The notes beneath the pieces are model-generated. The model saw only the letters and a program-made list of their open reading frames with translations. It was not told the origin of the DNA and searched no databases. The position numbers and the translations under genes were made by a program. A DNA stretch of 64,000 nucleotides, from IMG/VR virus record IMGVR_UViG_3300011013_000008, positions 1 to 64,000 of that record; one strand, 5' to 3'. Shown here in pieces: positions 16,688 to 24,884 of the stretch (its first letter is position 1; each line of letters begins with the position of its first letter). The stretch is from a virus.

Positions 16688-17141
16688 ATATCATTGTATG
16701 AAGTAGACAATAAGTGGGGGACACGGCGGTTCGATTCCGCCCTACTCCAGCAATAAGTATATTGGCCACTTAACAGAAATATATGTAGAGACAGATAGAG
16801 TTCACTATGAAAAACCATTCTAGACAGCGTTAAGTACCAGACTATCTCTCCTTCTACGGGTTTTTAAAATATACTTATTACTGGGGTAGAACAGGCTTCG
16901 ATCTTCTAAAGACGATATATGGACAATGCGGATTAGTACACGTTATAGTATAAAATAAATATAAAAGCAAACGATGTTACTTTTAATATTGCATTAGCAG
17001 CTTAGGCCAATAATGCGGGGTTGCTAGGAACCTGTCAACAGAATCCTAGCACGATTACCGCATCCTCTGCTAGAGGCGCTAATTGGGCGTACACACCAAT
17101 CGAGCAGGTTAAGCACAATGCAACGTCAGAACTTGTGCTTA
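16688..17141 (+). ncRNA. ssrA: circularly permuted (two-piece) tmRNA; outer ends approximate
   Basis: T arm + CTACTCC-A (16742-16749) lies upstream of the 5' end GGGGTAG-AACAGGCTTCGA (16883); G3.U70; tag GCA-AAC-GAT...=ANDVTFNIALAA* at 16967-17005. Confidence 0.9.
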
Positions 17142-17244
17142 AGATATAGTTATATATCTTAAAAGTTTGGTAAGCTAAATAGCTAGAAAGAATAATAAGG
17201 TAGTTCAAAGTATAGTCGCTCTATAGGGAGAAATGCCTTACTTT

Positions 17245-17403
17245 CTATATTAAAACTAACTTAATTTCGCCAATATGGAAGTAATATTACTATTAGTGTT
17301 TGGCGACCTAATAGTAGCGAGTAATTTTATAGATTATCTCGCCTTAGCTGCTTTTGTCAGCTAATGTTATTGCGGAAGTATAATTAAGTTAGTTTTAATA
17401 TAG
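17245..17403 (+). ncRNA. putative RNA bracketed by a perfect 22 bp inverted repeat
   Basis: CTATATTAAAACTAACTTAATT / AATTAAGTTAGTTTTAATATAG enclosing several helices. Confidence 0.5.
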
Positions 17404-17491
17404 GAAGGTTAACTAGACAGGGTTCTAGGCTTGCCTGCTAAGCAAAGCGTTCCTTAATTGGGATTGATTTCGAGTATCAAGCCTTCCTCCA
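17403..17491 (+). tRNA. tRNA-Ser(GCT)
   Basis: CTGCTAA loop; body nearly identical to tRNA-Ser(GGA). Confidence 0.85.
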
Positions 17492-17511
17492 AATATAAAC
17501 AAGAGAATAAC

Positions 17512-17751
17512 ATGAAAATAACTAATTTTAACCTAGTAACTACTTATACTGATGTTAATGACATGAAAGTTTTTACAGCTACTATAGATGTTGAGACAGG
17601 TATGTTGTGGTGGAAAAATAAACGCACTGTACCCGTGCAAAAAATCGGAAAGGGTTTCTGGTTTTCTACTGAAAATGGTGAATTTACTCCTGGGGGAAAA
17701 GTTGAAGCTCTAGCGCGAGCTTGGACAGCTAAAACTGGTGAGGAAACCTAG
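17512..17751 (+). CDS. hypothetical protein
   Basis: start MKITNF after AAGAG; upstream ORF-track extension overlaps a tRNA. Confidence 0.65.
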   Translation: MKITNFNLVTTYTDVNDMKVFTATIDVETGMLWWKNKRTVPVQKIGKGFWFSTENGEFTPGGKVEALARAWTAKTGEET

Positions 17752-17765
17752 AATAAAAATTAATG

Positions 17766-17794
17766 TTGACATTTGCTTTGAATTTTGATATAAT
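17766..17794 (+). promoter_or_regulatory. sigma70 promoter
   Basis: TTGACA-17-TATAAT. Confidence 0.85.
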
Positions 17795-17867
17795 AGTTTT
17801 TTAATTGAGAGAAATTTAATGAAAAAATTAGACGCATTTTTAAAGTTACAAGCAGAGATGCAGAATT

Positions 17868-18293
17868 TTGTTAGGGCATGTGAATGGGATTGGTAAAATG
17901 AAAATAGATTATATGAATAGACTGGGCAATGTTAAAAACCCATATCAAGACGTTAATGTAAAAAAAGTATTAACTGTCTGCAGCGCTGGGCTTCTTCGAA
18001 GCCCGACAACTGCGAAAGTATTAGCAGAAAATTATGGTTTTAATACTAGATCCGCAGGTATTACTAAAGAATATGCTTTAATCATAGTAGATGAAGTATT
18101 AGTATATTGGGCTGATGAAATTGTATTTATGCAGAACGAGCATCTTGAAATGTTTAAGTATATGTTTAAAGATAGCAAGATAGCACAAACTATGCTAGAA
18201 GAAGGCAAATATCAAGTATTAAATATTCCAGACGCTTATGCGTGGAATGATGCTGAATTAGTAAAATTAATTTTAGAAAAATATGAGAAATAA
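17868..18293 (+). CDS. low-molecular-weight protein-tyrosine-phosphatase-like protein
   Basis: VCSAGLLRSPT (CX5RS), RSAG, WADEIVFM, LNIPD. Confidence 0.8.
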   Translation: MLGHVNGIGKMKIDYMNRLGNVKNPYQDVNVKKVLTVCSAGLLRSPTTAKVLAENYGFNTRSAGITKEYALIIVDEVLVYWADEIVFMQNEHLEMFKYMFKDSKIAQTMLEEGKYQVLNIPDAYAWNDAELVKLILEKYEK

Positions 18294-18549
18294 AACGATA
18301 GTAACTTGGGGTGAATTATTGCTAGAAAATCTAGCAGAAACTGGTGATAAATTAGTATATTGTACATTATCTACAGAAGAATTAAATAAAGAATTTGATT
18401 GTGGATTTGGTGGTAGTAGTGGTAAGGAATTTACCGCATGGGGAGAAAGATATGTTTATTTTCCTGTTGTATATGATGGTGCTGAATGGATAGGAAAAAC
18501 TCCACGTAATCCTTGTGATGAAACTACACCACATATGGGTGGAGAATAA
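18283..18549 (+). CDS. hypothetical phage protein
   Basis: FDCGFG...FTAWGE.YVYFP..YDGAEW...PRNP. Confidence 0.7.
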   Translation: MRNKTIVTWGELLLENLAETGDKLVYCTLSTEELNKEFDCGFGGSSGKEFTAWGERYVYFPVVYDGAEWIGKTPRNPCDETTPHMGGE

Positions 18550-18557
18550 AAAATAAA

Positions 18558-18629
18558 GGGGTTGGTCACTGGGCTGTGCGCTGGACGACTTGCAATCGAC
18601 TGGACTGAGTTCAATTCTCAGCTACTCCA
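18558..18629 (+). tRNA. tRNA-Ala(TGC)
   Basis: GGGG start with G3.U70, CTTGCAA loop; irregular D arm. Confidence 0.7.
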
Positions 18630-18637
18630 AAGACTAT

Positions 18638-18714
18638 CGCGTTGTAGCTTAACTGGTCAGAGCACTTCCCTGTCAAGGAAGAAGATGCCGATTCAACTTC
18701 GGTCAACGCGGCCA
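18638..18714 (+). tRNA. tRNA-Asp(GTC)
   Basis: CTGTCAA loop, G73, CCA. Confidence 0.9.
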
Positions 18715-18721
18715 AATTAAT

Positions 18722-18797
18722 AGTCCTCTCATGTCTAATGGTAAGACTACGGACTTTGAATCCGTCGATATAGGTTCGACTCCTATGAGGACTTCCA
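18722..18797 (+). tRNA. tRNA-Gln(TTG)
   Basis: ACGGA-CTTTGAA-TCCGT, CCA. Confidence 0.88.
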
Positions 18798-18899
18798 ATT
18801 ATAAATTTTGTACTGCTAAGTAAGTTAGCACTATAAGGGTTAGTAAAAGTACAACGGGTTAGGGGATTACCGTACTTACAATAATCACCCACAAATTAC

Positions 18900-18974
18900 G
18901 CGGAGTTGGTATAACGATATTATTCTGGCCTTCCAAGCCATGAGATTAGGGTTTGAATCCCTAACTCCGCACCA
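18900..18974 (+). tRNA. tRNA-Gly(TCC)
   Basis: CTTCCAA loop, CCA. Confidence 0.85.
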
Positions 18975-18988
18975 CCAACAATGAGAAA

Positions 18989-19942
18989 ATGAAAATGTTT
19001 CAAAAATATCCATCAATAGAGCAATTCAGAACAGTAGTAAAATATGTAACTAAGTATGCTCCTGAACTAACTAATATAGAATACGAAGGTACAGTAAAGT
19101 TACATGGAAGTAATGCTGCTGTATTAGTTACTCCAGAAGGGGGAGTATTTGCTCAATCTCGTAATAGAATTATTGATATAGAAAATGATAATGCAGGTTT
19201 TGCCAAATTTATCTCAGATAATAAAGACTACTTTTTATCTAATTATTCTTCAACACATACAGTAGTAATATATGGAGAATGGTGTGGTGAAGGTATTCAG
19301 CGCGGAGTAGCTATTAATAAACTTGATAGGATGTTTGTAGTTTTCTCCGTTAGAGAAGTTGATAAAGAAGGAAATAAAGGTGCAGAACTTCTACCAAGTA
19401 TGCACAGTTTTGACCATGAAAAAATATTTAGTATTAGAGACTTTGATAAGTGGAATATTACTATAGATTTTAGTAAACCAGATAAAATTGTAGATACTTT
19501 AACACAATTAACACAACAAGTAGAAAATCAATGTCCCGTTGCTAGATTTTTTGGCGTAGAAGGAGTTGGTGAGGGAATTGTATGGAAACCTATTAGCGTA
19601 CCAAAAAATCTAAGCTATAGTTCAATGATCTTTAAAGTAAAAGGGGAAAAACATAGTACTAGTAAAGTAAAAGTACTTGTGCCTCTAACAGAAGAAGAAC
19701 TAAGTAAAAAGAATAAGTTAGCAGAGTTTATTGATATTGTAGTTACTGAAAATAGAGTAAAACAGGCCATTCACGAAACTAATGCTGTAGATAAAAAAGA
19801 TACAGGATCTGTAATTCGCTGGGTATTTAATGATATTATAAAGGAGGAGACTCCACTAATGTTAAAAAATGATATTTCTAGTAAAGAGATTAGGGCATTA
19901 GTTGCTAAATCGGCTAAAACTATCTATTTTGCATTAATTTAA
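18989..19942 (+). CDS. RNA ligase (Rnl2-like nucleotidyltransferase)
   Basis: motif I KLHGSNA, QSRN, YGEWCG.GIQ, F.VF, GEGIVW, FKVK. Confidence 0.85.
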   Translation: MKMFQKYPSIEQFRTVVKYVTKYAPELTNIEYEGTVKLHGSNAAVLVTPEGGVFAQSRNRIIDIENDNAGFAKFISDNKDYFLSNYSSTHTVVIYGEWCGEGIQRGVAINKLDRMFVVFSVREVDKEGNKGAELLPSMHSFDHEKIFSIRDFDKWNITIDFSKPDKIVDTLTQLTQQVENQCPVARFFGVEGVGEGIVWKPISVPKNLSYSSMIFKVKGEKHSTSKVKVLVPLTEEELSKKNKLAEFIDIVVTENRVKQAIHETNAVDKKDTGSVIRWVFNDIIKEETPLMLKNDISSKEIRALVAKSAKTIYFALI

Positions 19943-19946
19943 TGGT

Positions 19947-19998
19947 ATTAGGGTTGGAATCCCTAACTCCGCACCACCACCACCAACAATGAGAAAAT
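19947..19998 (+). repeat. direct repeat of tRNA-Gly 3' end plus downstream RBS (other copy 18945-18990)
   Basis: ATTAGGGTT(T/G)GAATCCCTAACTCCGCACC(ACC)nAACAATGAGAAAAT. Confidence 0.9.
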
Positions 19999-20001
19999 AA
20001 A

Positions 20002-20361
20002 ATGGGAATTAGTTTAGATGCCTATCTATTCGTAGGTGTACGAATAGCAGAAGATAATAGTCATATAGTGGAAGGTCATCCTTCTTACAATGACGATGGT
20101 CTAATAGAAGAACTATATAATCGTACAGATAATAATAAACTATTAGATGTACAATCAGTAAGCTATTGTGAAGAAGAAATATATTACATCAGCTACGGTA
20201 GTGTACTATCTAGGGGAGTTATTTCTAGTGGAGAATTACAAGGTGTATCTTCTAATATTGAAGACAAACTCGCAGAAATATATAAATTACTAGATAGTAT
20301 GGATGTACACTATGAAAAAGAAAATTCAGGATTAATTTTAGATTATTATTTCTGTCATTAA
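20002..20361 (+). CDS. hypothetical acidic protein
   Basis: ORF track. Confidence 0.65.
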   Translation: MGISLDAYLFVGVRIAEDNSHIVEGHPSYNDDGLIEELYNRTDNNKLLDVQSVSYCEEEIYYISYGSVLSRGVISSGELQGVSSNIEDKLAEIYKLLDSMDVHYEKENSGLILDYYFCH

Positions 20362-20368
20362 GAATTAT

Positions 20369-20451
20369 GCGCAACTGGTTAATGTAAATTGGCACAGCTA
20401 CTAGGCTTAGAACCTAGACCTTTCCCGGTTCGAGTCCGGGGTTGCGTACCA
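20369..20451 (+). tRNA. tRNA-Leu(TAG)
   Basis: CTAGG-CTTAGAA-CCTAG, CCA; enlarged D region, short variable loop. Confidence 0.8.
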
Positions 20452-20464
20452 AATAAAGAAATAC

Positions 20465-20493
20465 TTGACTTTTAGTCATATTTCTGATATAAT
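20465..20493 (+). promoter_or_regulatory. sigma70 promoter
   Basis: TTGACT-17-TATAAT. Confidence 0.8.
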
Positions 20494-20523
20494 ATTTATT
20501 CAAACTAAAAAAGAGAAAATAAA

Positions 20524-20733
20524 ATGCCTAAAAATAATCGCTTAGTAAAGCTAGATGGACTTATTAAAAAATTTAAAGTAGCTTCCAAACTACGAGTTGG
20601 TACTCGTAGAAGTGGTAAATCTGCTAATTTAATGTCTAATGATAAACTATTAGATGTAGTTACTTCTAGTAATCACAAAAAAGATATTAAAAATGCGAAA
20701 ACAGTATTAACTAACCGAGGAGTTACAGTTTAA
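20524..20733 (+). CDS. small basic protein
   Basis: ORF after promoter. Confidence 0.65.
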   Translation: MPKNNRLVKLDGLIKKFKVASKLRVGTRRSGKSANLMSNDKLLDVVTSSNHKKDIKNAKTVLTNRGVTV

Positions 20734-21029
20734 TGAACGGTAAGAAAGCGCGTAAGCTACGTGGATTAGCTAAACGATTAGAACTTCCAACTAAGACTAC
20801 TTATATTGAGCAAGGTAGGCAAGGAAGTTGGGCAGATTTGCCACTTATTAAAGGTAGCCTACAAGTAGATAAGAAAATGCTACATAAGTTGATGTTAAAG
20901 ACTGATAACCCAAAGTTTAAGAAATTCGGACAAAAAACTTATATGCGGTATGCTAAAGGTATTTCTAGACTTATGGATACGTGTGTTAGGTCTGTTTATA
21001 AAGATATCCGTAAGTCTAAAATATTATAG
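20733..21029 (+). CDS. small basic protein
   Basis: MNGKKARKLR N-terminus, TAATG overlap. Confidence 0.65.
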   Translation: MNGKKARKLRGLAKRLELPTKTTYIEQGRQGSWADLPLIKGSLQVDKKMLHKLMLKTDNPKFKKFGQKTYMRYAKGISRLMDTCVRSVYKDIRKSKIL

Positions 21030-21158
21030 TTAGTTTTTCAAGCACTTATCTAGTATAAGTGCTTTATAAAATTAAATTATAGGAAAACAAAAAATGAGAA
21101 CATTAATTGCTTTAATCTTACTATTAGTAGTAACTTTTATTTCAGCAAAATATTTAGT

Positions 21159-21233
21159 GTGGATGTTAGTGTAACGGTAGCATTATTGACTGTGACTCAG
21201 TAGGAGCGAGTTCAATTCTCGTACATCCAACCA
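21159..21233 (+). tRNA. tRNA-His(GTG)
   Basis: CTGTGAC loop, G at -1, CCA. Confidence 0.85.
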
Positions 21234-21337
21234 ACCAATTTCAGCTAACGGTTCAACTACGTAATAGTGCGCTAGCGCGTTAAGCTCTATACCTATCTGT
21301 ACAGTAGGTGCTCGGTAGCGGCTAATATTTAATTAAA

Positions 21338-21419
21338 GCTCTAGTACGCAATTTGGTATCGCGACCAAACTTAAAATTTGGTGTTTTGTTTGCTGGTTCG
21401 ACTCCAGCCTAGAGTACCA
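21338..21419 (+). tRNA. tRNA-Leu(TAA)
   Basis: CCAAA-CTTAAAA-TTTGG, CCA. Confidence 0.85.
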
Positions 21420-21425
21420 ATCAAT

Positions 21426-21493
21426 ACCGAGTCTGCTGGACAGCATAAACTCTACGAAAGTTTAATGGGTGAGTTCGACTCTTACACTCGGTG
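21426..21493 (+). tRNA. tRNA-Arg(ACG) with truncated D arm
   Basis: AAACT-CTACGAA-AGTTT; D arm only GCT-GGAC-AGC. Confidence 0.65.
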
Positions 21494-21654
21494 CATAAGA
21501 TATGAAGAAATATGTGCTACCCACGACCTTCAGTACGTAAGACAAGGGAAGGTTATTTCTTCTTTAACAAGAGGATGATTACCGCAAACAAAAATTATAA
21601 CTTTTTATTTAGAAAATAAATATCATCCTGTATAATTAAAAAAGAGTATAAAAA

Positions 21655-21891
21655 ATGAAAGAACAAATTATAAGTACAGCAATAATTACTAGAATACATA
21701 GTTTCAGATTTAAATCTAGTTTGTTTGGTAAACAAGTTTTACAAGTAGGTAGCTTAGTTAGAGACTGGGATGCCTCTACTGGTAAAGATATGGGTGAACC
21801 TTATGTCAAGTGGAAAAATGCTACTAAAAATCAAGCTGATATTTTGTTCAAACCTGAGGGTATAACAACAGGAAAAATTTACTCAATTTAA
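21655..21891 (+). CDS. hypothetical protein
   Basis: ORF track. Confidence 0.6.
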   Translation: MKEQIISTAIITRIHSFRFKSSLFGKQVLQVGSLVRDWDASTGKDMGEPYVKWKNATKNQADILFKPEGITTGKIYSI

Positions 21892-21904
21892 TAGTTAAGC
21901 CAGT

Positions 21905-21977
21905 CTTGATGTAACGAAAGTGGTAATCGTCTCGGTTTGGAGCCGAGTATTCGCTGGTTCGATCCCAGCCATCAAGA
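21905..21977 (+). tRNA. tRNA-Pro(TGG)
   Basis: CTCGG-TTTGGAG-CCGAG; acceptor extended by a flanking inverted repeat; no encoded CCA. Confidence 0.8.
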
Positions 21978-21990
21978 CTGGCTTAATTAT

Positions 21991-22065
21991 GCTGATGAAA
22001 CTTTGATGATGAAGCCCTCCCTTGTAAGGAGGCGGAACGCGGTTTGAATCCGTGCATCAGCTCCA
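21991..22065 (+). tRNA. tRNA-Thr(TGT)
   Basis: CCTCC-CTTGTAA-GGAGG, CCA. Confidence 0.8.
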
Positions 22066-22135
22066 CATTATATTAGCATTTAACTGAAAGCGCTTGTATG
22101 CTAGGAGAGGTTAAAGTCCTCAACAAGCCAACATT

Positions 22136-22211
22136 GCATGTATAGCTCAGCTGGGAGAGCAATTCCTTGGTACGGGATAGGTCGCGTGTTTGATTCACGC
22201 TACATGCTCCA
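22136..22211 (+). tRNA. tRNA-Thr(GGT)
   Basis: TTGGTAC loop, canonical D arm, CCA. Confidence 0.85.
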
Positions 22212-22396
22212 GATTTTAATACTTAGGAGATAAAATGGAAACAACACTAGAAAGATACAAAGATCAACTTATCAATGAAACTAAAGAGTATAAAGAAATA
22301 ACTGGTAATATAACAGCACTAGAAGGTTATAGAGAAGGATATATTCAAGGTTTTGCAGATGCTTTTAACCTATTCATTGAGAATGAAGAGGATTAA

Positions 22397-22594
22397 ATGA
22401 CAGCAATTCTAGTACCAGCTTTTAATAAAACTTATAAGAATAAAACTGAAGTAATAGATGACTGGACAAGTGGAAAATCTTTCAGGATATCTGGCTCAAA
22501 TAAATATGTATCTATTTTGAATAAGAAAATGCTAATAGAAAGTTATGATAGAGTTTATATTATTTCGGGTAATATAAAATTAGAAGTTATATAA
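22397..22594 (+). CDS. hypothetical protein
   Basis: GAGG RBS. Confidence 0.6.
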   Translation: MTAILVPAFNKTYKNKTEVIDDWTSGKSFRISGSNKYVSILNKKMLIESYDRVYIISGNIKLEVI

Positions 22595-22595
22595 G

Positions 22596-22670
22596 TGCTT
22601 CCTAGCTGAGATGGATTAGCGAAAAACTGAAAATTTTTAGAGAGTGGTTCGATACCACTGGAAGCAACCA
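22596..22670 (+). tRNA. tRNA-Phe(GAA)
   Basis: AAAAA-CTGAAAA-TTTTT, CCA. Confidence 0.8.
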
Positions 22671-22672
22671 AT

Positions 22673-22749
22673 AGGCCAGAGGCATAAGGGGTATACGCAA
22701 CCGACTCATAATCGGTAGATAGTTGGTTCGAATCCAACTTGGCCTACCA
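22673..22749 (+). tRNA. tRNA(CAT): elongator Met or Ile2
   Basis: ACCGA-CTCATAA-TCGGT, CCA. Confidence 0.85.
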
Positions 22750-22766
22750 CATTTAATAACAATTAA

Positions 22767-22840
22767 AGCCCTATAGTTCAATGGTAGAACGCTAAACTGA
22801 TAATTTAGTAACTGTGGTTCGAATCCACATAGGGCTACCA
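22767..22840 (+). tRNA. tRNA-Ile(GAT)
   Basis: CTAAA-CTGATAA-TTTAG, CCA. Confidence 0.9.
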
Positions 22841-22918
22841 AATTATAACCGTAGCTAGTGCGTAAAGTTCACCATCTGTGTAACTAGAATAAGGTCAGAT
22901 CAACCTTTTGCAGATAAC

Positions 22919-22992
22919 CGAAATATCCTCTAATTGGCTAAGACTCTCTCATATCGCGAGAGGGAATGTAAGTTCGACTCTTACTATTTTGG
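22919..22992 (+). pseudogene. tRNA-like element, loop ATATCGC
   Basis: CGAAATA/TATTTTG, CTCTC/GAGAG, GTAAG-TTCGACT-CTTAC; no CCA. Confidence 0.55.
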
Positions 22993-23190
22993 GAACACTA
23001 ATTTAAAAGGAGAATTAACTATTGCATTATTTACTTATAATAATTCTAGTTACTAGCAATGGTAATCTAGTCAATGATACAATAGTAACCAATTCTCTAT
23101 TTGAGTGTGTAGCTAAAGAGAAAAAAATCCTAGCTAGAGATAACATTCAAGAATATACCTTATGTGTTGCACAAGGTATTAAGTAATTGA

Positions 23191-23264
23191 GTACCATACA
23201 GTCATGGCGACGCGCAGCACTCCAAACGCTTGTGGAAGAGGTTTGATTCCTTTACGGGATGCCA
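23191..23264 (+). tRNA. tRNA-Trp(CCA), degenerate
   Basis: CTCCAAA loop, T arm, G-CCA end; mismatched stems. Confidence 0.5.
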
Positions 23265-23332
23265 AATACGTGAAGTATTGAGTTTTATATTAAAAGTTTA
23301 ATTTCACTCACAAGTACCAAATTAAATTTATA

Positions 23333-23361
23333 TTGACATTTAGTCTAAATTCTGATATAAT
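23333..23361 (+). promoter_or_regulatory. sigma70 promoter
   Basis: TTGACA-17-TATAAT. Confidence 0.85.
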
Positions 23362-23586
23362 AGTTTTTTAAATGAGAGAAAATTAATGAAGAAAGATTTA
23401 CCTTATGATTTTGACTTATATTTTGACTTGAAGACCAAAGGTGAAGTCAAGAGGTATATTAAGTATCTGAAAGAACAAATAAAACAAATTCCAGAGGATT
23501 TACAATTTCTACTAGCTCTAGTAGAGAAACACAATATAAAGCTATAGAAAGACTGTAGTTAATCAAATTCATTAGAGGAGTTCTAT

Positions 23587-24615
23587 ATGAGTCAAACAAA
23601 ATTCGATATAGCTGTCGTTATAGGCAGATTTCAAGTTCCACATCTGGGGCATCATAAACTAATACAAGAAGCAGCAAGAATAGCAGATAAAGTAGTAATT
23701 ATAATTGGTTCTGTAGGGCAACCGAGAACCCCTAAAAATCCTTTTACGTTTAAAGAACGTAAGGATATGCTAGAAAAAACAATCTCTAATTATATCAATT
23801 ATGAAATTTTATCTGTTAGAGATCAAAGATACAATCTACAACATTGGTTAGTAGATGTAGCTTATAAAGTTAATTCAACTACTAAATCATGGACAGATTA
23901 CCCACCTTCGGTGGCTATAGTCGGTCATATTAAAGACGATAGTTCATTTTATCTAAAGATGTTTCCTCAGTGGACTTTTCATGAAATTGAAAATCATAAG
24001 GAGGTTAACTCTACAGATATCAGGGATCAATTATTTGAGGGCAGTAGTCCTTATGATATAGATCATATTGATTCTAAAGTATGTAACTATTTAGCCGGTT
24101 GGCAAATGACTGATACTTATCATAATCTTAAAGAAGAGTATGAATTTATTAAAAAGTATAAGTCAGCTTATAAAGATTTGCCTTATCCGCCAATCTTTAG
24201 TACAGTTGATGCAGTAGTAACACAAAGTGGACATATTCTTCTAGTAAAGAGAAAAGCAGCTCCTGGAAAGGGCTTGTGGGCACTACCTGGGGGTTTTATT
24301 GGGCAAAGTGAAACTATTGAAGATGCTATGCTTAGGGAGCTAGTAGAAGAAACAAAAATTAAATTGCAAAAGATTATTCTGCAACGATCTATAACTAAGC
24401 AAAAAGTTTATGATGATCCTGATCGATCATTAAGAGGTAGAACAATTACACATGCTTTTGCTATAGAACTAAGTGGAGATACTTTACCTAGAGTTAAGGG
24501 AAGTGATGATGCTGAAAAAGCTAAATGGTTTCCACTTAACGAAGTGTTCTCAATGGGCGAAAACATCTACGAGGATCATTTAAGTATAATATTGAATATT
24601 ACTGGTGATCTCTAA
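23587..24615 (+). CDS. bifunctional NMN adenylyltransferase / ADP-ribose Nudix hydrolase (NadM-Nudix, NatV-like)
   Basis: GRFQVPHLGH, KNPFT..ER, GH.KDDSSFYL, NST.IR; Nudix box GGF.....E......RELVEET. Confidence 0.92.
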   Translation: MSQTKFDIAVVIGRFQVPHLGHHKLIQEAARIADKVVIIIGSVGQPRTPKNPFTFKERKDMLEKTISNYINYEILSVRDQRYNLQHWLVDVAYKVNSTTKSWTDYPPSVAIVGHIKDDSSFYLKMFPQWTFHEIENHKEVNSTDIRDQLFEGSSPYDIDHIDSKVCNYLAGWQMTDTYHNLKEEYEFIKKYKSAYKDLPYPPIFSTVDAVVTQSGHILLVKRKAAPGKGLWALPGGFIGQSETIEDAMLRELVEETKIKLQKIILQRSITKQKVYDDPDRSLRGRTITHAFAIELSGDTLPRVKGSDDAEKAKWFPLNEVFSMGENIYEDHLSIILNITGDL

Positions 24616-24662
24616 TATAAAGGATAGACCTTTATAGACTAATTTAATATAGGAGTTTACTT

Positions 24663-24884
24663 TTGAAGAAGTTAGACAAAACTCAAATAGCTAGATATAG
24701 TTTTGCAGAACCATTAGGTGAGGGTAATGAGCCAGTTGTTATAACTGTTTCCGATAAATGGATAGAACTTATGTACTATCCAGCTTGGAAAGAACGAATG
24801 ATTAATGTTGGCAGAGGTCACTTAATTAGTTTAGAAAAATGTATAGAGGATTTTGTGACAGTAAACTGGGCACAAAAACTCTAA
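24663..24884 (+). CDS. hypothetical protein
   Basis: AGGAG RBS, TTG start. Confidence 0.6.
   Translation: MKKLDKTQIARYSFAEPLGEGNEPVVITVSDKWIELMYYPAWKERMINVGRGHLISLEKCIEDFVTVNWAQKL

Noticed and set aside
10765-22841. Short ORF-track calls 10765-10974, 13880-14149, 16482-16818, 18611-18892, 21378-21578, 22555-22841
   Set aside because: They overlap or lie antisense to tRNA/ncRNA genes
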